Shown one piece after another: positions 36,659-47,256 of a stretch of 64,000 nt of DNA (its first letter is position 1; each line of letters begins with the position of its first letter). The notes under the pieces were generated by a model, which worked only from the letters and a program-made list of their open reading frames with translations, was not told the DNA's origin and searched no databases. The stretch covers positions 558,001-622,000 of the forward strand of contig CBFDEM010000053.1 of assembly GCA_965603825.1 (NCBI GenBank). Direction: 5' to 3'. Source of the stretch: Blepharisma stoltei ATCC 30299. Its lineage: Eukaryota > Protista > Ciliophora. A program made the position numbers and the translations under genes.

Positions 36659-37510
36659 TTATTTAATACCTTTTTTTAATCGGGGCGAAAGACTTGTTTT
36701 CTTTAGAAACTGGTTTACCCTGTTTCGAGCTTTGCTGGCAATATCAATTGCTTGCCGAGTAAAAGGAATGTCAGCTATCTTAGGTCGAGCCACATCTTTA
36801 AATAAAATATTTTTTTGTTTTGTTATAACAGGCAGCGCTTTTTCCTTTATTTCTCTTTTGGTCGGAATAACAGGGGTTTCGCTTAAAATAGGTTGTAGTT
36901 CTTCATCTTTAGAAAAATAGGTCACTCTTCTCTGTTCAACAGGAGAAACCCTTAAAGATCTGTTAAAATAGCTTCTAGAGTCAGGAGTCATAGCATAAGG
37001 CATTGGACTTGTAGAAGAAAATCTTTCATTTGTCCCATAATTCCCCAGCTGTGAATAGCATAAATCTAGGTTATAATATGAAGCAAGGCTCTCGTCAACA
37101 ATATCTGGACTTATAGGAGACTCGTTTCTTATTGTAGACGGCGTTTTGATAGTATTTCTTGCATTTTTCTGAGAGTCTGTGCGATGCATTTGCTTTAATT
37201 CTGAAATGTGTGAAGGTTTCGCATCAGCTATATGGTCAATGGATACAATCTGGATAGAGTTTGCAGCTGTGGAAGGAATAGAGCTTATAACTCTTTTGTG
37301 AAGTTTGCTGGAATCTAGCAGGAAACGAGTAGGAATGAACTTTAAGTGTCGAGGAGATTGTGATATTGCTATAACAGCTCTGCCTCGGTTTGTAGGAGTC
37401 TTGAACTTTGAAGATATAGTTTGCATGTAAGGGAGCAGTATCTCTTTGGCTTGCCTTAGTTTTGTTTTTTTATTATGTTCTCGCAATGATGAGTCATTCT
37501 TATTATTCAT
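36659..37510 (-). CDS. Hypothetical protein (283 aa)
   Basis: Long ATG-TAA ORF with no recognised domain. Confidence 0.7.
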   Translation of the reverse strand: MNNKNDSSLREHNKKTKLRQAKEILLPYMQTISSKFKTPTNRGRAVIAISQSPRHLKFIPTRFLLDSSKLHKRVISSIPSTAANSIQIVSIDHIADAKPSHISELKQMHRTDSQKNARNTIKTPSTIRNESPISPDIVDESLASYYNLDLCYSQLGNYGTNERFSSTSPMPYAMTPDSRSYFNRSLRVSPVEQRRVTYFSKDEELQPILSETPVIPTKREIKEKALPVITKQKNILFKDVARPKIADIPFTRQAIDIASKARNRVNQFLKKTSLSPRLKKGIK

Positions 37511-37580
37511 CTAATTAATATCATAAACAATATATAATTTATTGCTTCAGTGATTTGAAGATAATTTGCTATATAAATAA

Positions 37581-38300
37581 ATGGAACGCTTCTCACTCCA
37601 GACTAAGAATTCAATAAAAGAAGACAATAATGACGAGCCAGAAGAATACTACATAATTCCAAGATCATCTTATTTGAATAACGCTGATAAATACGACAAC
37701 TCCCGCTACAAGCCCAGTATATCTGAAAATTTTCTTGAGTCTCCGAGCAAAAGCGTCTCTTCAAATCATTATCTCGAAAAAAGATTCCGTCCTTATCTCC
37801 GTGCAAGCCGTCATGTAACAGCTGTAAGAAACCATTTTGACCTCCAGTCTAATTCTTTTTTTGATCGGGCAAAAGAAGACCAAAAATCGTTTTTACAAAA
37901 ATCGCCTTCAAAAGATTGCAATTTCCATGTGTCAAGACTGCCTGAAATCCCAGTTACCAAAGAGCTGGAAATTAAGTGCAAAATTGTGCACTCTTTTAGG
38001 AATCTGTATTCCGCAAATAGAAAAATTAGAGACAGCCCTAATAAGGATGCTGGAAAAAGCCACAGAATTTCTAATAGTATTAGTTATATTAAAGGAGCTC
38101 CTTATAAATACTGCAATGGGAACTGTGGAAACTCGTGTTTTTGTCAGGATCGGTCATTTGTGCATGTAAGGCATAATAGTGGAGGTCTAAAGATGGTGGA
38201 AAAAAATGATGCAAAAGGAGTCCATCAACTGAGAGAAATGTATCTTGATCCTGTGAAATTTTCAAGGAATAGTTTATCGTTAATTAACAAAGTGAAATAA
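37581..38300 (+). CDS. Hypothetical protein (239 aa)
   Basis: Long ATG-TAA ORF with a small CNGNCGNSCFC motif. Confidence 0.7.
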   Translation: MERFSLQTKNSIKEDNNDEPEEYYIIPRSSYLNNADKYDNSRYKPSISENFLESPSKSVSSNHYLEKRFRPYLRASRHVTAVRNHFDLQSNSFFDRAKEDQKSFLQKSPSKDCNFHVSRLPEIPVTKELEIKCKIVHSFRNLYSANRKIRDSPNKDAGKSHRISNSISYIKGAPYKYCNGNCGNSCFCQDRSFVHVRHNSGGLKMVEKNDAKGVHQLREMYLDPVKFSRNSLSLINKVK

Positions 38301-38336
38301 TAGAAATTTCTTTAATAAATTATAATAATACATGAT

Positions 38337-40289
38337 TTATTTTCTTTTAAAACTTTTTCTTATATGGTATCCTCTCCAATTTGCTTGGATAAATATAATA
38401 GCACTTCGTATGATTTCATACAGGTCTTTAATTTGTCTGGATTTTATAAAATTTTGGATTTTAATAGCAGAGTTTTTTATTTTTTGGAATTTTTTGCGAG
38501 CTACATACATTCTGTATAAAGCTTGAAGTTTTTTAGCGCTCTGGTCTGGATTTGGTAATAAAGGACTGTTATGATTTTCGTTATCATTTTTTGCTGTTAA
38601 TTCGGTGTTTTCATTAGATGGTACTAAAGATTTATCATTTTCTGATTGGTTTCTATTTTCTGGAATATTGCTATGCTGGCTATCAGTTTCAGGTTTTATC
38701 AATTTATTTTGTTTTTTTAAGAACTTCTCACTGTGATTAATGTTTTTCTCTATTTCATTCTTATCTTTTGCTAAACTTATCATTGATTTTGCATCTGGCA
38801 TTATTTTCCTTTCTTCAGCAATCTGCCTCTGGCTACAAGTGCTAGCAGTTTTTTCTTCAAATAGTTTATCTTCCTCCAATATTTTCTGTTTCAGAAGCGC
38901 TAATTCTTTAATTGCAGCTTCAGCTTTTATTTCAGACATTCTTCTTTTCTTTAGTTTAGACTCTTTTTTCTGTTTATACTCTCTCCAGCATTTTTGAATA
39001 ACTGCTGCACATTTATTCCTATGAAGCAAATTGTCATGAATAGCTTGGCTATGGATTCCTCTTATTGGTTTCCTCTGGAAAATGGTTTTTATAGGAGAGA
39101 TATTTCTGCGGTCAACTTTTGTTTTATATAGCTCGTCATATTTCCCTTCTATTGATTTTAGCTGTTTTTCTAGAGACATTACTTTTTCTTCCAAATTAAA
39201 GCTGGAGTCTTCATTTCGGCTTGGCTGTCTTAAATGGGTTTTTCTAAAGCTTAATGGGGGCTTTGCATTATTTTGCAATAAACCAGTAGAAACTGGAGAA
39301 CTAGCTTCTCTATGTTTTCGTCTATTTATATATGCTGATTCTTCACTAACATTTCTGTTTACTTCTGGAATTGATGGTCCTAAGTTATAGGAAACTGGTT
39401 TAAATTTTGCAATTGACTCATCGATATCGTAATTGGTCATAAACCTTGCTCGAGACGATCGGAAATTGGAGCTAGACCTTGGCGGCATTTTTTCTCTGCT
39501 TTTTATTTCTCTCGAAGGAGATCTTGATGGCTTCTGCATTGATGGAAACGACTTTTCAGAACGCTGTGAACGCCGAGAAATGTTAGAAAATGATCTCTTA
39601 TGAGAATATTTGGTACCATCCATCGTGTTTACTCGTTCAAATTTGTATATTTTGTGGCCGTCAGGAGAACTCTCAATCATTCCTTGCAAAGCTGAGAAGT
39701 TTTTGTATAAAGCTATAGATATAGGGTGATCCTGACCCATTGATTTCTGGGATTTAGTTAAGCCATTTCTAAAGCAGTCCAAAGCTTCTTGATGAAGACC
39801 AAGAATTTCATATTCAACTCCAGCGTTATGATAAGCAATTGCTAATGTGGCGGAAACGTTCTTGGTTTTTTCTGTTTTTTCTGCTTCAAGAAGCAGCTCT
39901 ATAGCTTTGCATGCGTTTTTTATTGCTTGTTTATGCTGCTGGAGGCTTGATCTGATGGCACAAATATTAAGATGGGTTCCTGCTAAATTGGAATTATCTA
40001 TAGATGAATGCGATTCTAGATCTAATGCTTTCTGCAAGTATTGGAGTGCAAGATTAAGTTTTCCAGTCTTTTTGTAAAAGCAGCCAAGATTATTATAAGT
40101 GATTGCTTCAAGCTTTGCCTTGGCCATTGACGTTTGAGGACAATTTAATATGTCCTGGGCTCTTCTCAGCATATGAAGGGCTGCTTTATAGTTGTTTTGT
40201 CTTAAATGTTCCATTGAGAGTTTGTTACAGCTTAGAACGATATCTTGTAGCTGCTGAGAAAAATTCTCTTTGTAGTCATCGTGCTGCAT
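38337..40289 (-). CDS. TPR + IQ calmodulin-binding motif protein (650 aa)
   Basis: TPRs (TYNNLGCFYKK, IAYHNAGVEYE); IQ motifs IQKCWR, LQALYR, IQNFIK and IQANWRG. Confidence 0.88.
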   Translation of the reverse strand: MQHDDYKENFSQQLQDIVLSCNKLSMEHLRQNNYKAALHMLRRAQDILNCPQTSMAKAKLEAITYNNLGCFYKKTGKLNLALQYLQKALDLESHSSIDNSNLAGTHLNICAIRSSLQQHKQAIKNACKAIELLLEAEKTEKTKNVSATLAIAYHNAGVEYEILGLHQEALDCFRNGLTKSQKSMGQDHPISIALYKNFSALQGMIESSPDGHKIYKFERVNTMDGTKYSHKRSFSNISRRSQRSEKSFPSMQKPSRSPSREIKSREKMPPRSSSNFRSSRARFMTNYDIDESIAKFKPVSYNLGPSIPEVNRNVSEESAYINRRKHREASSPVSTGLLQNNAKPPLSFRKTHLRQPSRNEDSSFNLEEKVMSLEKQLKSIEGKYDELYKTKVDRRNISPIKTIFQRKPIRGIHSQAIHDNLLHRNKCAAVIQKCWREYKQKKESKLKKRRMSEIKAEAAIKELALLKQKILEEDKLFEEKTASTCSQRQIAEERKIMPDAKSMISLAKDKNEIEKNINHSEKFLKKQNKLIKPETDSQHSNIPENRNQSENDKSLVPSNENTELTAKNDNENHNSPLLPNPDQSAKKLQALYRMYVARKKFQKIKNSAIKIQNFIKSRQIKDLYEIIRSAIIFIQANWRGYHIRKSFKRK

Positions 40290-40576
40290 AATGATTTCAT
40301 TACAAAAAATAAGCCCAAAAGCATCAATTATGGTTTTTACTTTCTTACTAAATTCAATTATTAGTTTTTATTTCAAAATTAATTAATTATCAATATAAAT
40401 CTCAAATTCAAAAATAAATCAAGATATTCCTAGTAATTTCAAGCGTCAATACATAATTTAATGTAATTTTATTTTTTGTAACTATTCATATTAAATTTAT
40501 TGCTATTTAAATAAGCCCGATCTTGCCGATCTTGGAGTGAGACTGATATTTCTGAAGTATCCTGGCATATCTTATA

Positions 40577-41500
40577 ATGTGTAGTTTTACTTTTAGTGAC
40601 AATACTAAGAGGTTCCAGAGACTTCAGACTCTTGGGGAAGGTGCATACGGGAAGGTCTATAAAGTTCGAGACACAATCAGCAACTCAGTTGTAGCATTGA
40701 AAAAGTCTTTAATCAGGATGGAAGATGAAGGGATCCCAACTAGTGCAATGAGAGAAATATGTCTGTTAAGACAGATGTGCCACCCTGGAATTGTTTCACT
40801 TTTAGACGTTATCATGACTGAAAAAAGTCTATACCTTGTTTTTGAACTTTTAGACCAAGACTTAAGAAAGTATCTTGACTCTTTAGACCTACGTATATCA
40901 GAGCTACAGGCAAAGAAATTTTTACTGCAGATCTTAAAAGCAGTGCATTACTGCCATTCTAACCGTATAATTCACCGAGACCTTAAACCCCAAAATTTGC
41001 TCCTCGACAATAATTTAAATATAAAGATAGCAGATTTTGGGCTATCTAGAGTGTTCCAGATTCCTTTAAGGCCTTATACAACCTCTGTGCAGACCCTCTG
41101 ATACAGAGCTCCAGAAATACTTTTGGGATCTAAATTCTATACAACTGCTATTGACATTTGGTCAGTTGGCTGTGTTTTCGCAGAAATCATATCTGGGGTC
41201 CCTCTATTCCCAGGGTCAAGATATCCAGACCAACTCTTTGCAATTTTCAGAATAATGGGAACTCCAACTGAAGAAACTTGGGCAGGAGTTTCTAGTCTTC
41301 CTGATTTTTCACAGGATTTCCCAAAATGGACAACAATCCCAATGAGAGATTTATTCCCAAATATTTCATCAGACGGACAAGATTTGTTATCAAAAATGCT
41401 AACAATGGACCCAAAAAAGAGGATTTCAGCCTATGACTGCTTAAAACACGTAATTTCTATTTAGCCATATTTTCAAGATATTAATGCTAACGCACTTTAA
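40577..41500 (+). CDS. Cyclin-dependent kinase, CDK1/2-like (302 aa, one intron)
   Basis: GEGAYG, PTSAMRE, HRDLKPQN, DFG and TL-W(TGA 41099)-YRAPE; intron 41450-41464 restores LKHPYF. Confidence 0.95.
41450..41464 (+). other. 15-nt spliceosomal intron
   Basis: GTAATTTCTATTTAG splits the conserved H|PYF; A at position 10. Confidence 0.92.
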
Positions 41501-41517
41501 TTTATTAATAAATTTGC

Positions 41518-44445
41518 TTAACTAATAATTTCGTTTAAAATTGCTAGTTCTTCTTCAGTCAACTCTGAGTATATTTTTGAATAAATTGCTGGACATCTCT
41601 GTGAGAAAGTCAACAGAACATTTTTAAGGTATTCATTTATTCCAAAGGTTTCAAATGGAGAGTCATAAAGATCTTCAGGAGTTCCATCAAATGGATCATC
41701 TTCCTCATCATCTTCTATATCTTTCACAGTCTTCAGCTTCTCCAACAACTTTTGATACTCAGCGTCAAATTTATTATGGTCCACTGCAATAGTTTGGCCA
41801 ATGCCTTCTTCTTCTCCTTCATTCCCTTCTTCGCCTTCTTCCAAGTTTTTCCACAATTTTAATGCTTTTTTAACCACAACTGGCATTCCTTCAGCAACTA
41901 CTTGAGGCAGATGTTCACAAGAAGAGATCAATGATGCTAAGCCTAAAATGGCGTAGCTTCTAGGTAAATAGTCATTGTATTGATCAAGGTTTTCAAAGCT
42001 AAATCTAAATACATCAGTTAGTATATTAAGTTCTAATATAGCTTGAAGTGCGACCAGGGTATTATTCCATAGGGCAATACATATAACTTCTGAAGCATAA
42101 ACCTTTACTTTTTTCTTTACCTGAAGCTTGTATAAGTTTGAAACTTGTTTTATTATTTCAGGGATATACTGGTCTAAGGAGCCCTTAAGATTTTCTAAGA
42201 GAGCAATAAGTATTTTACAACCAGTCATCAAATCTGGGTCTTCTGGGGCTTCACCTTTTAAGAGATCAAGACCCATTGTAAGAATCACAGCTAAGTTTTC
42301 ATGTGTAAGCTGAGGATACTTAGAAATGAAGTTTGCAATAGGAGAAAAAACCTCTAAAGTGTGCTCTAGAGCATATGCCTTTATATTTCCTTCTCCTAAT
42401 AAAGAAGCTCTCAATAGTCTCACAAATGGAAATAGATGTGGCAGAGCATCTTTAGGTGCATAATAAATCAAGCTTGTCAATAAATGAACAGCTTCTTCAA
42501 AGAACTCACATCCTTTTTCATTCAAACAGTACTCAAAAACTGGTACCAGAAGAACAGAAATATTTAATAAGTCCTGAGGCCTCTCTTCAAAAGAGTCAAC
42601 AATTTTTGCAATTGTGTTTAAAATTGATACAGCCGCCATAGCACTTTCTCCTTCATCTTGGCCGCCTTCATTAGTTGACATTCTAAAGAAAGTGGCAATT
42701 AAATGCTGTGTAAATTCAAGGGCATAAGGAATTATTTCAGTAGAAAACCTTCCTACAATGTCTTCCAAAGCATCAACTACGTCTTCACTATCAATTTCGC
42801 CCATAAGTTTTAAATAAACCTGAAGGATTTCTTTGATTTCACTTGATACTTTTTCTTTAGAAATATCCCATAGTAATAGCCGAGGTAAAGCTGTAGCTGC
42901 TTCTGTTCTGACTGGGAGATCAGGGTCTAGCATCATTTGGCAAATTTTTTGTAGAGCCAAACTTTGATGCTCTCTATTTGTAAATGGAAATGATGCGAAT
43001 TGTGCATACATCCAGCAGGCGCGGGCTCTTAAAAAGCCAACTGAGTTATCAAATTCTGGTAATACATAGACGCTTAAAATATTTTGAATATTTTGAGCTA
43101 AATCAATATTTTCTTTGAGAATTTGGTAAATTGAGCCTAAGGCAAGCAAAATTGCCTCCTTGTGTAAAAGCTGAGGAGATGACTGAAGTTCTGCGCTGAC
43201 GTATTCAAGAAACATAGATAAATACCCTTTTTCACAGATGACGACTAGTAGATCAATTGCTGAACTTTTGGCTGAGTAATAAGCTCTTCCAAGATCACTT
43301 TCTTTCCTTACAAATTCAATTGGATTTTCTTGCCAGAGTTCTTCATCTGATCGGGTTCTATATACAACAGGAATGATAATGTCAGTTATTAAAGCAGGGA
43401 TGACTAATTTTCCATTAGGTGTTGTAGCTGTTTTCATTTGTTCTGCAACATTTTCGAATTTTATTCCTTGAGATACGTATTTTAATAAGTAATTTGTGAC
43501 GATATCTGGGATGTAGCAAGATGCTCTTTTGTAGAGTAATGGCAAAATTACGGCAAATAACTGGATAGCCCATTGATGCTGAAAGTGTTGGCCGATGATT
43601 TGGTTATGGTCTTTTAGATAAGCAAGGTTAAAATATCTGTTGAAAAACCGATGCACTATTTGTGCTGCCCATTTTTTGCATGACCAACGTGGATTGACAT
43701 CTCTTAGCTTAGCGTCTTCTGGACTTTGTGATGGAGTTTCCAGTTCGCCTAATGGCAGTTCTAATATAATCTTAAATTTTTGAAGCCAAGAATCCAGCTG
43801 CATCGTTGAGGTCTGGCTTTGTGGAAGCTCAATATAGAAGCAAGCCCAGAATATTTGAAGTATTAAAGATATATACTTATACGCGTCTTCACTTGTCTCG
43901 CTAAGGAATGTCCCTAACAGAGCATCTAATTTCCCAAAAATTCTATCAATTAGTATTTTAAGATTTTTCCTTTTTTCGTCCATCGCAAACTCATAAACTT
44001 TGGCAATTTGATGGATCATGGACAACGCAGCATACATATGATCGATATCTGAGCCCAATGCCACATCTATTTGTTCAAGGATTTCGTCCCATGGGAAATC
44101 TGCTTTAGCTATATTGTTAGCGATTTCCTCAAACTGAGATCGGATCCTTTCAGGAATGGAAAATCTGAGACATTCAATGATATTTGTCCTCAAAAAGGCT
44201 TTATCATTTGAAGGTAGCTCGAAGTCTCTTTTCGAGTCTTTCCACACTTTTGTAAGGTTTTTTAGATAGATCACAGCAAGCTGCTTTATCTCAATGGGAT
44301 GTTCCTCCAGTGAAATCTTCATCAGTGTAGGGATAAAGCCTGAAGATGTCTTAAAAGAGGCAAGCAAATTTTCTGCTTGTTTTCTGGCCTCATTGTCTTG
44401 CTGCAAGCTTACTCTGAAGGCTTCAATGATTATTGATTCCTCCAT
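41518..44445 (-). CDS. Importin-7/8 family karyopherin (975 aa)
   Basis: IBN_N (ARKQAE..LAVIYLKN), WSCKKWA, ELWQENPIEFVRK, FLRARACW, MGEIDSEDVV and an acidic C-terminus. Confidence 0.93.
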   Translation of the reverse strand: MEESIIIEAFRVSLQQDNEARKQAENLLASFKTSSGFIPTLMKISLEEHPIEIKQLAVIYLKNLTKVWKDSKRDFELPSNDKAFLRTNIIECLRFSIPERIRSQFEEIANNIAKADFPWDEILEQIDVALGSDIDHMYAALSMIHQIAKVYEFAMDEKRKNLKILIDRIFGKLDALLGTFLSETSEDAYKYISLILQIFWACFYIELPQSQTSTMQLDSWLQKFKIILELPLGELETPSQSPEDAKLRDVNPRWSCKKWAAQIVHRFFNRYFNLAYLKDHNQIIGQHFQHQWAIQLFAVILPLLYKRASCYIPDIVTNYLLKYVSQGIKFENVAEQMKTATTPNGKLVIPALITDIIIPVVYRTRSDEELWQENPIEFVRKESDLGRAYYSAKSSAIDLLVVICEKGYLSMFLEYVSAELQSSPQLLHKEAILLALGSIYQILKENIDLAQNIQNILSVYVLPEFDNSVGFLRARACWMYAQFASFPFTNREHQSLALQKICQMMLDPDLPVRTEAATALPRLLLWDISKEKVSSEIKEILQVYLKLMGEIDSEDVVDALEDIVGRFSTEIIPYALEFTQHLIATFFRMSTNEGGQDEGESAMAAVSILNTIAKIVDSFEERPQDLLNISVLLVPVFEYCLNEKGCEFFEEAVHLLTSLIYYAPKDALPHLFPFVRLLRASLLGEGNIKAYALEHTLEVFSPIANFISKYPQLTHENLAVILTMGLDLLKGEAPEDPDLMTGCKILIALLENLKGSLDQYIPEIIKQVSNLYKLQVKKKVKVYASEVICIALWNNTLVALQAILELNILTDVFRFSFENLDQYNDYLPRSYAILGLASLISSCEHLPQVVAEGMPVVVKKALKLWKNLEEGEEGNEGEEEGIGQTIAVDHNKFDAEYQKLLEKLKTVKDIEDDEEDDPFDGTPEDLYDSPFETFGINEYLKNVLLTFSQRCPAIYSKIYSELTEEELAILNEIIS

Positions 44446-44543
44446 TCCCCTTATTTATTTACTATTAAATGACCATAAACTTGCAGTAACAAGCTTAATT
44501 TTGCTTCACTATAAATACATGCCGATAGAAGAATCATTGCCAA

Positions 44544-44614
44544 GCATTAGTAGTTTAGGGGTAGAATGTGACGTTGCCATCGTTACGACCCGGGTTCGAA
44601 TCCCGGCTGATGCA
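44544..44614 (+). tRNA. tRNA-Gly(GCC)
   Basis: Acceptor GCATTAG/CTGATGC, anticodon arm TGACG-TTGCCAT-CGTTA, T-arm CCGGG-TTCGAAT-CCCGG; followed by TTTTT (Pol III terminator). Confidence 0.95.
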
Positions 44615-44651
44615 TTTTTGCGATTTTATATTTTATTTAAAAGAAATTATT

Positions 44652-45329
44652 TTAAATGATAAGAATTGGTTCTTTATTTCCTTTTTGTGAATAAGGCTTA
44701 ATGTAATCTGAAAGCAATGCAAATGTTCCTTCTGGTAAAACGCCTTTGGCCCATCCATAAATCGTGATCTGGAATGAACAAACTAGCACTGTAAACATAT
44801 TGGGAACAATAATAAAATTATTATTTATTAATATTCCATACGCAAGCCACACAAATCCATTCAGCACGCAGGCAACAATTATTTTAATATCAATATATCG
44901 GTGATTTTTTTCAACTAAAGCAGGGATTACCTGCTCTAGAGGCGCTATCATCCCTATAAAGCTAATAATATCTGCAAAAAGTCCAAGAGTTTCCACATTA
45001 ATGAAATTAAGCAAAAGCAAAGAAAACCCAAATAAGGCTGAGGTGTATTTAAGCATGAAAACAAAAGCATTTTTATTGATCATGTGGTATCACACTATTC
45101 ATATAATCCCAATACAAAACGCGAACATAGAAGGAATAAAGGCAAGCCAAATTTTACCTTTAAAACCGTAAAGAGCCCATGCGAGCTGAGTTATGTTAGC
45201 TAAAAGGAGATATAAGTGAGAAATTTCTTCAAGATTGTGTGACTTCGAAGCACTGTGCAGAGATGAGAAAGGCGCTAAATTAACGGCGATTGTGAGAGCA
45301 GTCCCGATTCCTGTCAAAATAATTTCCAT
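44652..45329 (-). CDS. SWEET/MtN3 sugar transporter (225 aa)
   Basis: Two MtN3 halves (NLAP..WALYG; IAPL..WLAYGILINNNFIIVPN) joined through TGA 45099 and 45090. Confidence 0.88.
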
Positions 45330-45461
45330 TATTATTAAAGTTTAAAGCAGCTTGTTAATTTTTGAGAAATTCTTTATAAGAATTCTAATAGTGTCAGAAT
45401 TTTAAATTAAAATGAAATTATAAAAGCTCAATGGCATCTTCATTTAATATTTATTTTAAAC

Positions 45462-46748
45462 ATGAAACAAGATAAAAGCCATGCCAATCAGCTTTTAAGC
45501 GCAAAAGGTGCTTTTTCTTCTCTCTCAAGCAGCGCTATTCCAAGAAATAACGAATCAAAGCTAAATATTACTCAGCACCTCCGTTCAAGTTCATCAAAAG
45601 CTAATTCTCGTTCTCCATCTCGAAGCGCTACTAAAACAAGTAGCCCAGTCCCTAAAAAACCTTTAAAATCAGACTCAACCTCCTCCCCAAAAATTTTGTC
45701 AAAAACACAAAGCATTAACTCTAAACCTTCTACTGAAAAGAAACCCGTCCTTTCAGACTCATTTTCCTCAACTCACACCAAAAAAGTTAAAACAAATGAA
45801 AATCGCAGGAGCGAAATTTCGCCGAACCAAAGAAGCTTATCATCACAAGCGACAAAAGAAAAAATAAAAATCGTAAACTAAAATTAGGAAACAGATTTTA
45901 AACAAGCTGAGCAAGGATATAAAAATGAAATCAAAAAGCTAAAGGCTGAGCTTGAGAAAGCAAAAAAGACTATAGAGCAGCTACGAAATAATTCACGAAA
46001 TCTTTTGACTGAAAAAGAAAAGCTTCTGCTTGATATGGATAAGGAGTTTAACGCTTCAGAACAGCTTAAAAATCAGTGTAAACAGCTTGTAACTGTTTTA
46101 GTAGAAGTTGTAGGAGTTTTCGCAGGGAATCGAGCTGACTGGATTTATGAAGGGGATATGAGGGATATGGAAAAATCTTGTATTTTGGATAGGATAAGGA
46201 AAATCTTAACCAACAAATTAGAAGTCCTAGATAAGTCAGGGCTAGATCTAGCTGAAGAAATAGTCCAGGTAAAGGCCTGAACGTCCAGCCTAGACGATCG
46301 AATTGTACAAAGCACAGCAAAAATGTTCGAATACGCCCAGTCCGACTCAGAAGAAGACCAAGGCAGTGAAGATAGTCTAAAGCTATCCTTACCTAAAGAA
46401 GAAGAGCTCAACCAAGATTTACTTCCTAACAAAATTGACTTCGAAAACAATTTCCATGCCCCAAAAAGCGATTTCGAAAGCGGTTTTCATGCCCCAAAAA
46501 GCGATTTCGAAAGCGGTTTGCATCCTCTTAACCCCCTGCGTGACATTATTAAATCTTCTTTTGAAGAAAAACCCCTAATAGGAATCGCTCTTTACGATTT
46601 TGAAGGTGAGCTTGACGAAGACCTACAGTTCCAAAAAGGAGACATAATTGAAATCCTAGAACAAAATGAAACTGGCTGGTGGATCGGGAGAAATGACTCT
46701 AGGACTGGAAGTTTTCCATACAATTTTGTACAACTTAATTTATCCTAA
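45462..46748 (+). CDS. Coiled-coil + C-terminal SH3 protein (423 aa, one intron)
   Basis: Intron 45873-45887 and TGA 46278 join three ORFs; SH3 ALYDFEG..DLQFQKGD..GWW..FPYNFV. Confidence 0.85.
45873..45887 (+). other. 15-nt spliceosomal intron
   Basis: GTAAACTAAAATTAG; contains in-frame TAA and TAG; the downstream frame is open. Confidence 0.85.
46452..46517 (+). repeat. 33-nt tandem duplication (FHAPKSDFESG x2)
   Basis: tt(c/t)catgccccaaaaagcgatttcgaaagcggt twice, with one synonymous difference. Confidence 0.95.
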
Positions 46749-46768
46749 TTTGTTGGCTTAAATTAGTT

Positions 46769-47077
46769 TTATTTGAATTTTCTTGACAGATTGTTGGATT
46801 CTTGCTCTAAAGCAGTAAGAAGTTTGTCGGTATTTGTGAGAAGTTTGGTGTAAGCGTTTTCACTTTCACGGATAGTCTCGTTGAATCGCTGAAGGGTGGC
46901 TTCTTTTTCATCTAACTGAGATTTGGATCTTAAAAATTCATTACGCAGTCTTGCAAGTTCGGCTTCTATTTGTGCGTTTCTGGCTCTTTCTTCGAGAACA
47001 ACGCTGTTTAGAGTGTCTCTTTCTCTTCGCATTGAATCCAGCTTGTTTTTTAGACGAGTGAGCGGGTCGCTATCCAT
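46769..47077 (-). CDS. SSNA1/DIP13/NA14-like coiled-coil protein
   Basis: C-terminal FNETIRESENAYTKLLTNTDKLLTALEQES resembles SSNA1 [30 protein letters not shown] (from memory). Confidence 0.7.
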   Translation of the reverse strand: MDSDPLTRLKNKLDSMRRERDTLNSVVLEERARNAQIEAELARLRNEFLRSKSQLDEKEATLQRFNETIRESENAYTKLLTNTDKLLTALEQESNNLSRKFK

Positions 47078-47256
47078 CTTGGCTAAATTAACTATGTACT
47101 TAGCTAGGTTAGGGAGGTAGAATTTTCAATAAAAATTAAAAAAATTATAAAAATTGATGAGAAAATTATTTAATACTAAAATGCTATGGATTTCTTTTAG
47201 ATAAATATGATTTTCATAATCTATTTTTATTTTAAAAGAAGACTAGGCGATTAAAA

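Noticed and set aside
40514-40566. ccgatcttg x2, with vague resemblance to 5S rRNA or a C/D snoRNA
   Set aside because: The match is too short, with no 5S secondary structure or proper box pair; probably CDK 5' flank.
40581-40596. GTAGTTTTACTTTTAG as a 16-nt intron at the CDK start
   Set aside because: It lacks A at -6 and removal would frameshift the kinase.
44294-44659. 121-aa plus-strand ORF starting MGCSSS
   Set aside because: It is antisense to importin and runs through the tRNA-Gly gene; a chance ORF.
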